Source: an uncultured delta proteobacterium
Lineage (GTDB): Bacteria > Desulfobacterota > Syntrophia > Syntrophales > UBA2185
Reading direction: 5' to 3'
Length of the DNA: 64,000 nt
Assembly (NCBI GenBank): GCA_963695875.1
Contig: CAVOID010000003.1
Location: 224,001-288,000 of the forward strand
The first letter of the stretch is position 1. Each line of letters begins with the position of its first letter. Positions 42,482 to 51,968 of this stretch are shown here, in pieces. A program made the translations under genes and the position numbers. The notes under the pieces are model-generated. The model did not search any database and had not been told where the DNA came from. It saw only the letters and a list, made by a program, of their open reading frames with translations.

Positions 42482-44140
42482 ATGACGAAAAAGAGAGCAC
42501 CGGATACGAAAACCCTGACAAATCGTCCGGTATGGAAGGCACTCGCGGAGCATTACCGGAAGATCGGCAATGTTCATCTGAGGGCACTCTTTGCGGATGA
42601 TCCAGGGCGTGGTGAGCGTCTGACGGCCGAAGGCGCCGGCCTTTACCTCGACTACTCGAAGAATCGCATCACCGACGAGACGGTAAGGCTACTCCTGAAT
42701 CTTGCCGAGGAGTGCGGCCTGCCGGAGCGTATCGAAGCCATGTTTCGGGGTGAGAAAATCAACGTCACGGAGAATCGCTCTGTCCTCCACGTCGCCCTCC
42801 GCGCGCAGAAGAGCGAGCGGATTATGGTTGAAGGGGTAGATGTCGTGCCCGCGGTGCATGCTGTTCTCGAAAAGATGACCGTCTTCTCGGAGAGGGTGCG
42901 CAGCGGGCAGTGGCTGGGATACACCGGGAAACCCATTCGTAATGTTGTTAACATCGGCATTGGCGGCTCCGATCTCGGCCCCGTCATGGCCTATGAGGCG
43001 CTGAAGCATTACAGCAAGAGAGATATGTCCTTTCGTTTCGTCTCCAACGTGGACGGCACAGACTTCGAAGAGGCCGTTCGCGATCTCAATCCTGAAGAGA
43101 CACTGTTCATTATCTCTTCGAAGACATTTACTACTCTGGAAACTATGACCAATGCCCACACGGCGCGCATATGGGCTCTGAAAGCGCTTCAGCATCAAGG
43201 AGCTGTGGCCCGGCACTTCGTAGCTGTCTCGACAAACACTGAAGAGGTGGCGAAGTTCGGCATCGACACAGCGAACATGTTCGGATTCTGGGACTGGGTT
43301 GGCGGCCGCTATTCGATGGACTCGGCTATAGGTCTTTCGACCATGATCGCCATCGGCCCGGAGAACTTCCGGGCCATGCTTGCTGGCTTCCGTTCGGTAG
43401 ACGAGCACTTCCGATCCTCCCCATTTCATAAGAATCTGCCTGTACTCATGGGGCTGCTCTCCCTCTGGTACAATAACTTCTTTGGTGCCCAGACGGTTGC
43501 GGTCCTGCCCTACGACCAGTACCTAAAACGCTTTCCCGCCTATCTCCAGCAGTTGACTATGGAGAGCAACGGCAAGCACATAACGGTACAGGGTGCGGCT
43601 GTCAACTACCAGACGGGGCCTATTTACTGGGGTGAGCCGGGCACTAACGGGCAGCACTCTTTCTACCAGCTCATCCACCAGGGAACTAAGCTGATCCCAT
43701 GCGACTTCATCGGTTTTTGCCAAACGTTGAACCCCCTCGGCAATCATCACAACGTGCTCATGGCGAACCTGTTCGCTCAGACGGAGGCACTGGCCTTCGG
43801 GAAGACAGAGGATGAAGTCAGGGCAGAAGGCGTACCGGAGCGGCTGATACCGCACCGCATCTTTGAGGGCAATCGTCCCACGAATACGATTCTCGCAGAG
43901 CGGCTGACCCCGGAGACACTCGGGAAGCTTGTTGCGCTCTATGAACACAGCGTTTTCACCCAGGGGGTGATCTGGCAGATTGATCCCTTCGATCAGTGGG
44001 GCGTCGAACTGGGCAAGGTACTGGCGACACGGATCATTCCTGAACTGGAAGGTACCCAAGAGCCTGCACTCGGGCATGACAGTTCGACTAACACACTTAT
44101 CCGGCGCTACCGCGGACTCAGGGGGAGGAGGCGGTCCTGA
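42482..44140 (+). CDS. pgi: Glucose-6-phosphate isomerase
   Basis: [34 protein letters not shown]. Confidence 0.98.
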   Translation: MTKKRAPDTKTLTNRPVWKALAEHYRKIGNVHLRALFADDPGRGERLTAEGAGLYLDYSKNRITDETVRLLLNLAEECGLPERIEAMFRGEKINVTENRSVLHVALRAQKSERIMVEGVDVVPAVHAVLEKMTVFSERVRSGQWLGYTGKPIRNVVNIGIGGSDLGPVMAYEALKHYSKRDMSFRFVSNVDGTDFEEAVRDLNPEETLFIISSKTFTTLETMTNAHTARIWALKALQHQGAVARHFVAVSTNTEEVAKFGIDTANMFGFWDWVGGRYSMDSAIGLSTMIAIGPENFRAMLAGFRSVDEHFRSSPFHKNLPVLMGLLSLWYNNFFGAQTVAVLPYDQYLKRFPAYLQQLTMESNGKHITVQGAAVNYQTGPIYWGEPGTNGQHSFYQLIHQGTKLIPCDFIGFCQTLNPLGNHHNVLMANLFAQTEALAFGKTEDEVRAEGVPERLIPHRIFEGNRPTNTILAERLTPETLGKLVALYEHSVFTQGVIWQIDPFDQWGVELGKVLATRIIPELEGTQEPALGHDSSTNTLIRRYRGLRGRRRS

Positions 44141-44239
44141 ATGCCGCTTTGGAGTCTGTAACAGTACGATAATCTGAATGAAGGTTAGTATTACGCAGGA
44201 CAAACAATGGTCGTTGCAAGAAATAAAAGGAGGTTTACT

Positions 44240-44863
44240 ATGATATCAAAAATGAATCGTTTACTGATGTTTTCCGTATGCTTGTTTTTTTTACTGTATG
44301 GTTGCGCAATAAACCGAGCCAACATTCCGATAGACAATAATTCGACGCAACCTGGAACATCTGTGACAATGGGTGGGCAGAGCCTTAAGCTGATGGGTAA
44401 ACCAATAGCTGTCGGCGATTCACTCCCATCGGTTAAGCTGGTGGATGCTATGACCATGAAACCCCAGGACCTTTCCGAAATGAAGGGGTCGATCCTCTTC
44501 TTGAGTATAGTTCCCTCTATCGATACTCCGGTTTGTGAGGCACAGACCCATTACCTTGGTGAGGAGGGCAACAAACTCGCTCCCGAGATCAGGCGCATTG
44601 CCATCAGTCGTGATACCCCCTTTGCCCAGAAACGATTCGCCAAAGAGGCGAAACTTGAGCACATCCAGTTTCTTTCCGACTACAAAGAGGGTGCCTTTGG
44701 CCGCGCTACAGGTCTCCTGATGGACAATCTGATGCTTTTGGCTCGATCGATCATCATCATAGACAGGGAAGGAAAGGTAAGCTATATACAGGTAGTTCCT
44801 GAAATAACCCACCTTCCCGACATGGAACGAGCGTTTCGGAAGGCCGAAGAACTGGTAAAGTGA
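44240..44863 (+). CDS. tpx: Thiol peroxidase (Tpx family) lipoprotein
   Basis: Lipobox LYGC, PSIDTPVC, DTPFAQKRF. Confidence 0.88.
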   Translation: MISKMNRLLMFSVCLFFLLYGCAINRANIPIDNNSTQPGTSVTMGGQSLKLMGKPIAVGDSLPSVKLVDAMTMKPQDLSEMKGSILFLSIVPSIDTPVCEAQTHYLGEEGNKLAPEIRRIAISRDTPFAQKRFAKEAKLEHIQFLSDYKEGAFGRATGLLMDNLMLLARSIIIIDREGKVSYIQVVPEITHLPDMERAFRKAEELVK

Positions 44864-44959
44864 ACAGTCCTTCTTGATAATTTGTGAACATATGTGGCGA
44901 GTAAATTTGCCATATCCATGCAATATCGGTCAATAGCAGTGTGTGAGGTTATTATTAGG

Positions 44960-45718
44960 ATGAATGCAAAAAGTGCTGATCAGAACCAGAGGAATATCTG
45001 GAAGGTAGCCAAGGTAGTGCCTGAAAACCACGACACAAACTCATTATATCTCGATGGGTCCGATGAGAAGTTTGCCCGCAGAAAGGCGGGCCAATTCGCT
45101 TCTCTTATGATTATGAGTCCTGACGGATGGAGCGAACCACATTCGTTCTCCATAGCAAACGCTCCCGAAGATTCCATTTTGCGTCTGACCATTAAGAAGG
45201 TGGGCAAGTTCACCTCTGCCATCCCGGATTTGAAACCGGGGACTCCGGTAAAATGTATAGGCCCCCTCGGCATCTTCTGTAAGGACATTGATGTTAAACC
45301 GTTAATCATCATGCTGGCCGGAGGCGTGGGCATAGCGCCGTTTTTGAGCGTGCTTAGACACTTCAGAAATATCAAGGCAGGCAATAAAGTAACTCTCTTC
45401 TGGGTAAACAAGGGCATCGACGATGTCTTTTCTTCAGATGAGATCGGGGCAATGACCAATGAACTCACACTTACTGTTGTTTACTGCTTTAGCCGCGAAG
45501 ACGATGTGCAAAAATACTTTCGTCAAGAGTACCCCGGTGTATTCTATGAGAAGGGCCGTTTGAGCAGCGATATCTTTAAAAGGCGCGGGGTTACTGAGGA
45601 TGCGGCCGTTTATCTCTGCGGCCCGCCTCCCATGATGGATTCTGCGCTGAAGGAACTAGGCAGCCTTGGCGTGGATCAATCAGCAGTACAACAGGAAAGG
45701 TTCACCTGGGAGAAGTGA
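44960..45718 (+). CDS. FAD/NAD(P)-binding ferredoxin-reductase-type oxidoreductase
   Basis: HSFSIA, AGGVGIAP, YLCGPPPM, ERF. Confidence 0.9.
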   Translation: MNAKSADQNQRNIWKVAKVVPENHDTNSLYLDGSDEKFARRKAGQFASLMIMSPDGWSEPHSFSIANAPEDSILRLTIKKVGKFTSAIPDLKPGTPVKCIGPLGIFCKDIDVKPLIIMLAGGVGIAPFLSVLRHFRNIKAGNKVTLFWVNKGIDDVFSSDEIGAMTNELTLTVVYCFSREDDVQKYFRQEYPGVFYEKGRLSSDIFKRRGVTEDAAVYLCGPPPMMDSALKELGSLGVDQSAVQQERFTWEK

Positions 45719-45935
45719 ATAGAAAGGATGCTCCGATGGTCTGGCAGCGGTAATCTCAACAGTATTATAAACTTATTGCTTTTTTATATTTTTCATGTAT
45801 ATGACCCTTGATGCTTCAGGATGCAAAAATCAAACCTGAGGAAGATTTCAAAAATAAAGTGGTAACCGGATTCAACCTATAGATACCGAAACCGGAACTG
45901 GTCCCGGTATTACACAGATATCTGAGACCCTATAA

Positions 45936-46784
45936 ATGGCAATCACTCCAGATAGTCAAAGCAGCTCTAAAAGCGAAGAAAGGTGGCAGCTTGGCCCTAA
46001 TTTGGCGAGGCCTTTTGCCGTTATCGGCGCCGCCGTGATAACGTGGGTCAACCATCTAGGCGCCTCGGTAATTTTTCTCATCTTGGCTATGTTGAAGATC
46101 TTTCGGCACAAACAGCTATCCAAGGCAGTTCAGCAGCTCTATTACATCGGAGCGAGATCCGTGCCGATTATCATGCTGATAGGGTTGTTCACCGGCATGG
46201 TACTGGGTCTGCAATCTTACCATGCCCTGGTTAAATTTGGTGCGCAAGGGGCACTCGGCACCTTGGTAGCCCTGTCCCTGGTCAGGGAAATGGGACCAGT
46301 TCTCACGGCTATAATGATCACAGCAAGGGCAGGCTCAGCTATTACTGCGGAGATCGGCAGCCAACGCATCTCCGAGCAGATTGATGCCCTGGATACCATG
46401 CGCATTGATTCTCTCAGGTACCTTATTGCTCCGAGAATCACCGCTTGCATCATCAGCATTCCTCTGCTGACTGCTTTGTTTGACCTCATCGGTATTATTG
46501 GCGGTTATATCTCTGGTGTGCTGCTCCTTGGAGCTAATGCCGGCACTTACTTCTATCGAGTGCAGGACAGCGTGGAATTGAAAGATGTCACTGACGGCTT
46601 TATCAAGGCGGTTGTTTTTGCGGTGATCGTTTCCACCGTCTGCTGCTACCAGGGATATTTCGCGCACCTGCGCACGGATAGCCATGGGGCCAAGGCCGTC
46701 GGTCTTTCCACCACCTCGGCTGTTGTTGTGTCCTGTGTGCTCATCCTGGTGGCAGACTATGTGGTTACCTCCCTTCTGATATAG
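45936..46784 (+). CDS. mlaE: MlaE-family ABC permease
   Basis: REMGPVLTA..AGSAITAEIG..EQIDAL. Confidence 0.93.
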   Translation: MAITPDSQSSSKSEERWQLGPNLARPFAVIGAAVITWVNHLGASVIFLILAMLKIFRHKQLSKAVQQLYYIGARSVPIIMLIGLFTGMVLGLQSYHALVKFGAQGALGTLVALSLVREMGPVLTAIMITARAGSAITAEIGSQRISEQIDALDTMRIDSLRYLIAPRITACIISIPLLTALFDLIGIIGGYISGVLLLGANAGTYFYRVQDSVELKDVTDGFIKAVVFAVIVSTVCCYQGYFAHLRTDSHGAKAVGLSTTSAVVVSCVLILVADYVVTSLLI

Positions 46785-46792
46785 AGAGACTT

Positions 46793-48034
46793 ATGGATAC
46801 TCCGCTGATTGAATTTAAGGATATTACCAAGCATTTCGGATCCCGAACAATACTTGACCATGTTAACCTTCAGATCTATGAAGGGCAGGTCACGACCATT
46901 ATCGGGCTTTCCGGTGCGGGTAAGAGTGTGCTCCTGAAGCATATCATCGGGCTGATCAAACCTGATGAAGGGACCATTCTTTTCCGGGGCAAACCTCTCA
47001 GCGGGATGACAAAAAACGAGATGGCTGCTTCCTTCGCTCAGATGAGTTACATGTTTCAGGAAAATGCTCTCTTTGATTCCATGAACATTTACGAAAATGT
47101 TGCGCTGCCGCTTCGGGAGACAACGAAACTGAGCAAAGATGAAATCGACCACAGGGTTATGGAGAGAATTAAACAGACGGAACTCGGCGACGCGATCTAC
47201 AAGTATCCCTCGGAACTCTCCGGGGGCATGCAAAAACGGGCGGCCCTGGCGCGCGCCCTGGTAACCGATCCTCAAATTGTCCTTTTTGATGAACCGACTT
47301 CCGGCCAGGATCCTGTCAGGAAGAATGCGATCCTGAGTATGATTGCCCAGCACCAGAGAAAATTCGGCTTTACTGCGATACTGGTCAGCCATGAAATTCC
47401 GGATGTGTACTTTATCTCAAGCCGCATTCTCGCCCTCTATGGTCAAGCTATTGTGTTTCAAGGTACTCCGGAAGAACTTGAAGATTTCGACCACCCGTTC
47501 AAAGATGAGGTCATCCGCAGTCTCGAAAGGCTGCAGGAAGAATTAACAGGTCTGCACTCAAAGAGACAGTTCAAGGTTATGTACCATTCTCAAATGCACC
47601 GGAGAACACTCAAGGAAAGTTACGTTGTCGCGGTTTTTACCCTGGCGGGGTTGGATAAAATTATCACAAGCTTAGGTCATGATGCGGCACAGGAGGCAAT
47701 ACGGTGCATGGGGGTGTATATTGATAAACATTTTGGTGCCATAGGGGGCTTTTCTACCCGAAATAACACCAATGAATTTGTTACGGTGCTCCCCTATTCG
47801 GATCAACCTGAGGCTGCGGATATTTTGATGGATTTTATCAAGGATTTCCGGGAGCAGGGAATTCGAGAAATTTGGGTTGAAGCCAGAAAGCAGGCAGTTT
47901 CGCTGGAGTGTGTTGAATTCACTATCCTTGCCGGACTTGCCGAGGGCCAGCCCACCGTAGAAATTGACTCCGTCATAGAGTCTGCTAAGAATCAACAAAT
48001 AGAAATAGGCCGGTTTCGTTGCGCCGAGGAGTAA
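46793..48034 (+). CDS. mlaF: MlaF-family ABC ATPase with a C-terminal degenerate GGDEF-like domain
   Basis: GLSGAGKS, LSGGMQKR, FDEPT; extension ELTGLHSKRQF..LGHDAAQEAIR..RNNTNEF. Confidence 0.88.
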   Translation: MDTPLIEFKDITKHFGSRTILDHVNLQIYEGQVTTIIGLSGAGKSVLLKHIIGLIKPDEGTILFRGKPLSGMTKNEMAASFAQMSYMFQENALFDSMNIYENVALPLRETTKLSKDEIDHRVMERIKQTELGDAIYKYPSELSGGMQKRAALARALVTDPQIVLFDEPTSGQDPVRKNAILSMIAQHQRKFGFTAILVSHEIPDVYFISSRILALYGQAIVFQGTPEELEDFDHPFKDEVIRSLERLQEELTGLHSKRQFKVMYHSQMHRRTLKESYVVAVFTLAGLDKIITSLGHDAAQEAIRCMGVYIDKHFGAIGGFSTRNNTNEFVTVLPYSDQPEAADILMDFIKDFREQGIREIWVEARKQAVSLECVEFTILAGLAEGQPTVEIDSVIESAKNQQIEIGRFRCAEE

Positions 48035-48037
48035 CTA

Positions 48038-48526
48038 ATGAAAAAATATTCCATGGAAACTATAGTCGGCATCTTTGTCGTTTTCGGTTTGCTCTGTGTT
48101 GGATATATGACAGTGAAGCTTGGGCATATTGCCTTTATCGGCGACAACTCATATACCCTCTCCGCCTCATTCACCTCAGTAACGGGTCTTAGAGTCGGCA
48201 GCCCTGTGGAAATATTAGGTATTGAGGTCGGTCGGGTGGATCGACTGACCATGGACCAGGAAAACCAGAAAGCCATGGTGGTAATGAAGGTCCAAAAGGA
48301 TATAAAGGTTTATGATGATGCCATCGCCTCTATCAAAACAGAAGGACTGATCGGTGACAAATATCTCAGTATCGACCCTGGGGGAGCGGGCACACTCCTT
48401 CAAGCAGGCGGGACTATCACCGAGACACAACCGGCTGTGGACATCGCAGAGCTTATCGGCAAGTATGCCTTTGGCGAGGTAAAGAAAAAACCGGACAACA
48501 ATGAAAGTGGGAAAGCGAAGCCATGA
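48038..48526 (+). CDS. mlaD: MCE-domain protein MlaD
   Basis: GLRVGSPV..GIEVGRV, TEGLIGDKYLSI. Confidence 0.93.
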   Translation: MKKYSMETIVGIFVVFGLLCVGYMTVKLGHIAFIGDNSYTLSASFTSVTGLRVGSPVEILGIEVGRVDRLTMDQENQKAMVVMKVQKDIKVYDDAIASIKTEGLIGDKYLSIDPGGAGTLLQAGGTITETQPAVDIAELIGKYAFGEVKKKPDNNESGKAKP

Positions 48527-49117
48527 AGAAAATGATCGTTGGATTAAGTATCTTAATGCTCGTAGTATCATCTCTTACAGCTTATGCGGCTACACCGCTT
48601 AACTCGGCTCAGTCAAATGCCAATAGAGTGATTGAAGTGCTGCGAGATCCCAAGCTCAAAGCAGTGTCGGCCAAAGAGATCAAAAAGGAGAAACTCCGTG
48701 CTATTTACAGAGACATGTTCGATGAAATCGAACTTTCCAAGCGCACTTTGGGGCGGAATTGGAACAAGTTGAATCCCGGTCAGCGCCAGGAGTTCGTCCA
48801 TCTCTATGAACAGGTACTGGAAAAGGCTTATATCGACAGGATACTTTCTTACACCAACGAGAAAATTGTTTTCCATAAAGAAATTAAGCTCTCGGAAAAC
48901 CAGGTCGAAGTTCAATCAAAAGTCGTCATGTCTTCAAAGGAAATTCCTATCTTCTACAGAATGATTATGAAGGATGGCGTCTGGAAAGTGTACGACGTTG
49001 TTGTAGAGAATGTGAGCTTGGTTCAGAACTATCGCAGCCAGTTCAATGATATCCTGGCACAAAATACACCCGAACAATTGCTTGTGATCCTGCAGAAAAA
49101 AGGTCAAGGACCAATAG
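48523..49117 (+). CDS. mlaC: MlaC/Ttg2D periplasmic lipid-binding protein (likely end 49117 after a 1-bp indel)
   Basis: Signal peptide; WKVYDVVVENVSLVQNYRSQF. Confidence 0.88.
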
Positions 49118-49221
49118 GAACCCAGGAGACGGGAAGCCTGAACCGGAGATCGTTAGAAACTGCCCGGCGCTTAACCCCTCTTGGCGATGACGATAAACAT
49201 TATCCCGGTATAATATTATTT

Positions 49222-49271
49222 GTGAAGCTCCCCGGCCACAGAGCGGGGCTTGCGGGATGTGCCCCCGGTCA
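49222..49271 (-). repeat. Repeat family B (IS200/IS605-like ends), collapsed 50-bp copy
   Basis: Both termini of the 58882 and 60613 copies joined through a single hairpin. Confidence 0.8.
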
Positions 49272-49298
49272 GGTAAATTAAAAGAAGGAATCCGCTTC

Positions 49299-50295
49299 AT
49301 GAAACGCTTCTCCCTTCCGGTTCTACTGTTCGCTTTTCTCACTGTGGGCTGTGCCCACAGCACTTACCATGATCCTTCCTTTGCACAGCCAGCCTTATCG
49401 CGTGAGCCCCAGTTGATCATGGTTGCATCCAACGCGGAGCAGATCTTTTTGAAATCCAAGGAGATGACCTCGGAATCTAAAAAATGAACTGTCCGATGAC
49501 AAGGAAAATCCTGAAGACGATTCTGTCGGATCCTCAAAATCTTCTGAAACGTCGGTGAAATCTGAGAGTGGGGACGTTGGTGATAAGGAATACCTCGGCG
49601 ATGTGGAAGAGGAAGAGGGCAAGGAGGAAGAAACGGTAACAATCGCAGACCCCATTGAGCCCTTCAACCGGGCCATGTTCCAGTTCAATGATAAGCTATA
49701 CTTCTGGGTCCTGAAACCGGTGGCGCAGGGATATAACAAGGTTGTTCCCGAAGGAGCCCGGGTAAGCGTGAAAAATTTCTTTTCCAATCTCGGATTCCCG
49801 ATGCGGTTCGTTAGTTTTCTGCTCCAGGCAGAATTCAGCAGTGCAGCCACGGAACTCGGCCGCTTCGCCGTAAATACAATCTGGGGTATCGGGGGCCTTT
49901 TGGATCCTTCATCAGGCAAGGAACTGAATCTCGAGAAGCAGGACACGGACTTAGGCATAACCCTTGGAGTCTATGGGGTTGGACAGGGATTCTACGTCGT
50001 CTGGCCGGTGGTCGGCCCTTCCAGCGCGCGGGATTCTGTGGAGATAGCCGGTGAGTATTTCCTGTATCCTATCTCTTATATTAATCCCTGGTATGCCTGG
50101 CTGGGAGTAAGGTCATACGAGGTGGTGAACGATGCCTCTCTGAGGATCGGTGATTATGAGTCCCTCAAAGAGGCGGCAATCGATCCTTATGTGGCGCTCC
50201 GCAATGCTTACATTCAATATCGGCAGAAGAAGGTTAAGGGGCAGGGATCTAAACAGGATCAAACCACGCCCGCAGGAGTGATGTTGGAGAAGTGA
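49299..50295 (+). CDS. mlaA: MlaA/VacJ lipoprotein with an acidic N-terminal linker (frameshifted near 49480)
   Basis: Lipobox TVGC; DPIEPFNR..FND, RFAVNT..GIGGL, DPY..R.AY.Q.R. Confidence 0.88.
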
Positions 50296-50339
50296 CCGGT
50301 CATTAACGGGCCTTACTGGCAGTGATTATAAAAAATCAA

Positions 50340-51142
50340 ATGAAGATAGGAAGTCATACGAAAAACCTTAAAGTAATTGTGATATCGGCATTAATGATAC
50401 TTACACTCCCGGGGGTCGCTGCCGCGGTCGGACTATTTGGTCCGCCGCAACCCATTTCGAAAGAGGAAGGAGGATTACATACCGGAATCGGTTATTGGCT
50501 TCATGAGGATAAATTCAAGAATGAAACAGAATACGTAATCAGACAAAATCAGATTTATTCGCAGGTAGGCTATGGAGCCAAGAATTATTGGGAAATATAC
50601 GCACGAATCGGGGTATCAGATTTGAAAGTCCCCGATGCCTTCAGTTCCACTAATGCTTTGACCACAACTGCCAAAAATGATTTTGAGGAAAACTGGAAGT
50701 TTTCCGGTACCTTGGGGGCAAAGGGGTTTTATCCTATCAACAAGATCTTCGGAATTGGAGCCTTCATTCAGGGGACCTATATCTACAGTGACTTCACTGA
50801 TGATGTTTCAGGGACTCAAAATGGCATCCCTTTTACGGTGGAACTCAAGGTGGAAAATTTATGGGATGTGAATTTCGGTATTGGTTTTCAAGCCACAGGT
50901 TCCATACGGTGTAAAGCTGTACATAGGACCCTATCTTTATTATTCGGAGGCGAAAGGCATCTCAGCCCGCAAACATTTCCGGTCTTAAATTTGCAGGCGG
51001 GGATGTTACAATCAAGAACAAGACAAATATTGGAGGATACACCGGGGTCGACGTACCTCTCGCCAAGGGTCTCCGCTTGAATGTTGAAGGACAATACTCC
51101 GAAAGGTTATCCGCGGGGTGTGCCGTTACATATACATATTAA
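50340..51142 (+). CDS. Putative outer-membrane beta-barrel protein (frameshifted)
   Basis: Signal peptide, alternating aromatic strands; shifted frame ends ..AVTYTY*. Confidence 0.6.
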
Positions 51143-51370
51143 AATTTTTTGAATTAGATAGCGCTTACGAAAATAACTTGATCGATCGACGGTGGTTTTC
51201 CCCGTGGAGATTTTGCAATCATCCCCAAAAAAATATCACTGAGAAATAAAAAACCACCCTTTATTGAATACTTTCATCTGAAAGAAAACCGAGATTTCCC
51301 AGGCTTTTGCTCATTATAAATGGCGTTATGTTAATGAAATAATTGACTATCTGCATGTCTATTAAAGATA

Positions 51371-51537
51371 ATGGACAGGAATGTCGATACAAAAATTAAC
51401 GGAGAGGTCTACGATTGTTCGTTCATCGTGCATGGGATACAAAAATCATGGAAGAATGATTCCAACCCATGACAAAACGGCATAGGTGGATTTCGTTACT
51501 TCCCCCAGGGGATATTAATTCCTTTGGGGGTTTTTTT
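51371..51537 (+). ncRNA. Candidate CsrA/RsmA-binding (CsrB/RsmY-like) small RNA
   Basis: GACA-GGAA-TGTC and ATCAT-GGAAGA-ATGAT hairpins, further GGA sites, upstream TTGACT-N18-GATAAT, terminal intrinsic terminator. Confidence 0.55.
51502..51537 (+). terminator. Intrinsic terminator
   Basis: CCCCCAGGGGA..TCCTTTGGGGG followed by T7. Confidence 0.85.
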
Positions 51538-51802
51538 ATAGTCCTATAATAGAAACAGGAAGCATAATCTTCTTTTGTGTCATAAAAATTGATAATATTC
51601 ATCTGTCCATTAGCTATAACAATTTGTAATTACTGCAAACTGTCCTATATCTTTTTTGTTCTTCATTAAAGTTCACCGTCCTATTTCTCAATAAAAAATC
51701 ATCATACACGAAAAAACCCAATTTTTTTAGGAGTGATACTGCGTTAGAGTTTTATTTCTTTGTTGGTATGCCGATACTCCGTTTGCGATTAATGTCAGAA
51801 TT

Positions 51803-51917
51803 ACATCCCTGTAAGACCACAGGGATATAAGTTTAAGGTCAAGCGCATTGAAAGGGCTTTTGACTGATACCCTATATTCGGAATTCTTACAATTTTTTTA
51901 TATTTGACCTTGGATGC
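51803..51917 (+). ncRNA. Structured 5' leader of the rhs gene, possibly a c-di-GMP-I (GEMM)-like riboswitch variant
   Basis: Perfect ATCCCTGT/ACAGGGAT stem, then AAGGTCAA able to pair with TTGACCTT or TTGAC. Confidence 0.35.
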
Positions 51918-51968
51918 ATACACTGACCCTATAGCTGGGCCGTCAAAAGACGAAAAGGAGGAGAGTCG

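Noticed and set aside
51371..51485. 33- and 34-codon ORFs inside the candidate sRNA
   Set aside because: No recognisable homology; hairpin/GGA architecture explains the region better, though a peptide is not excluded
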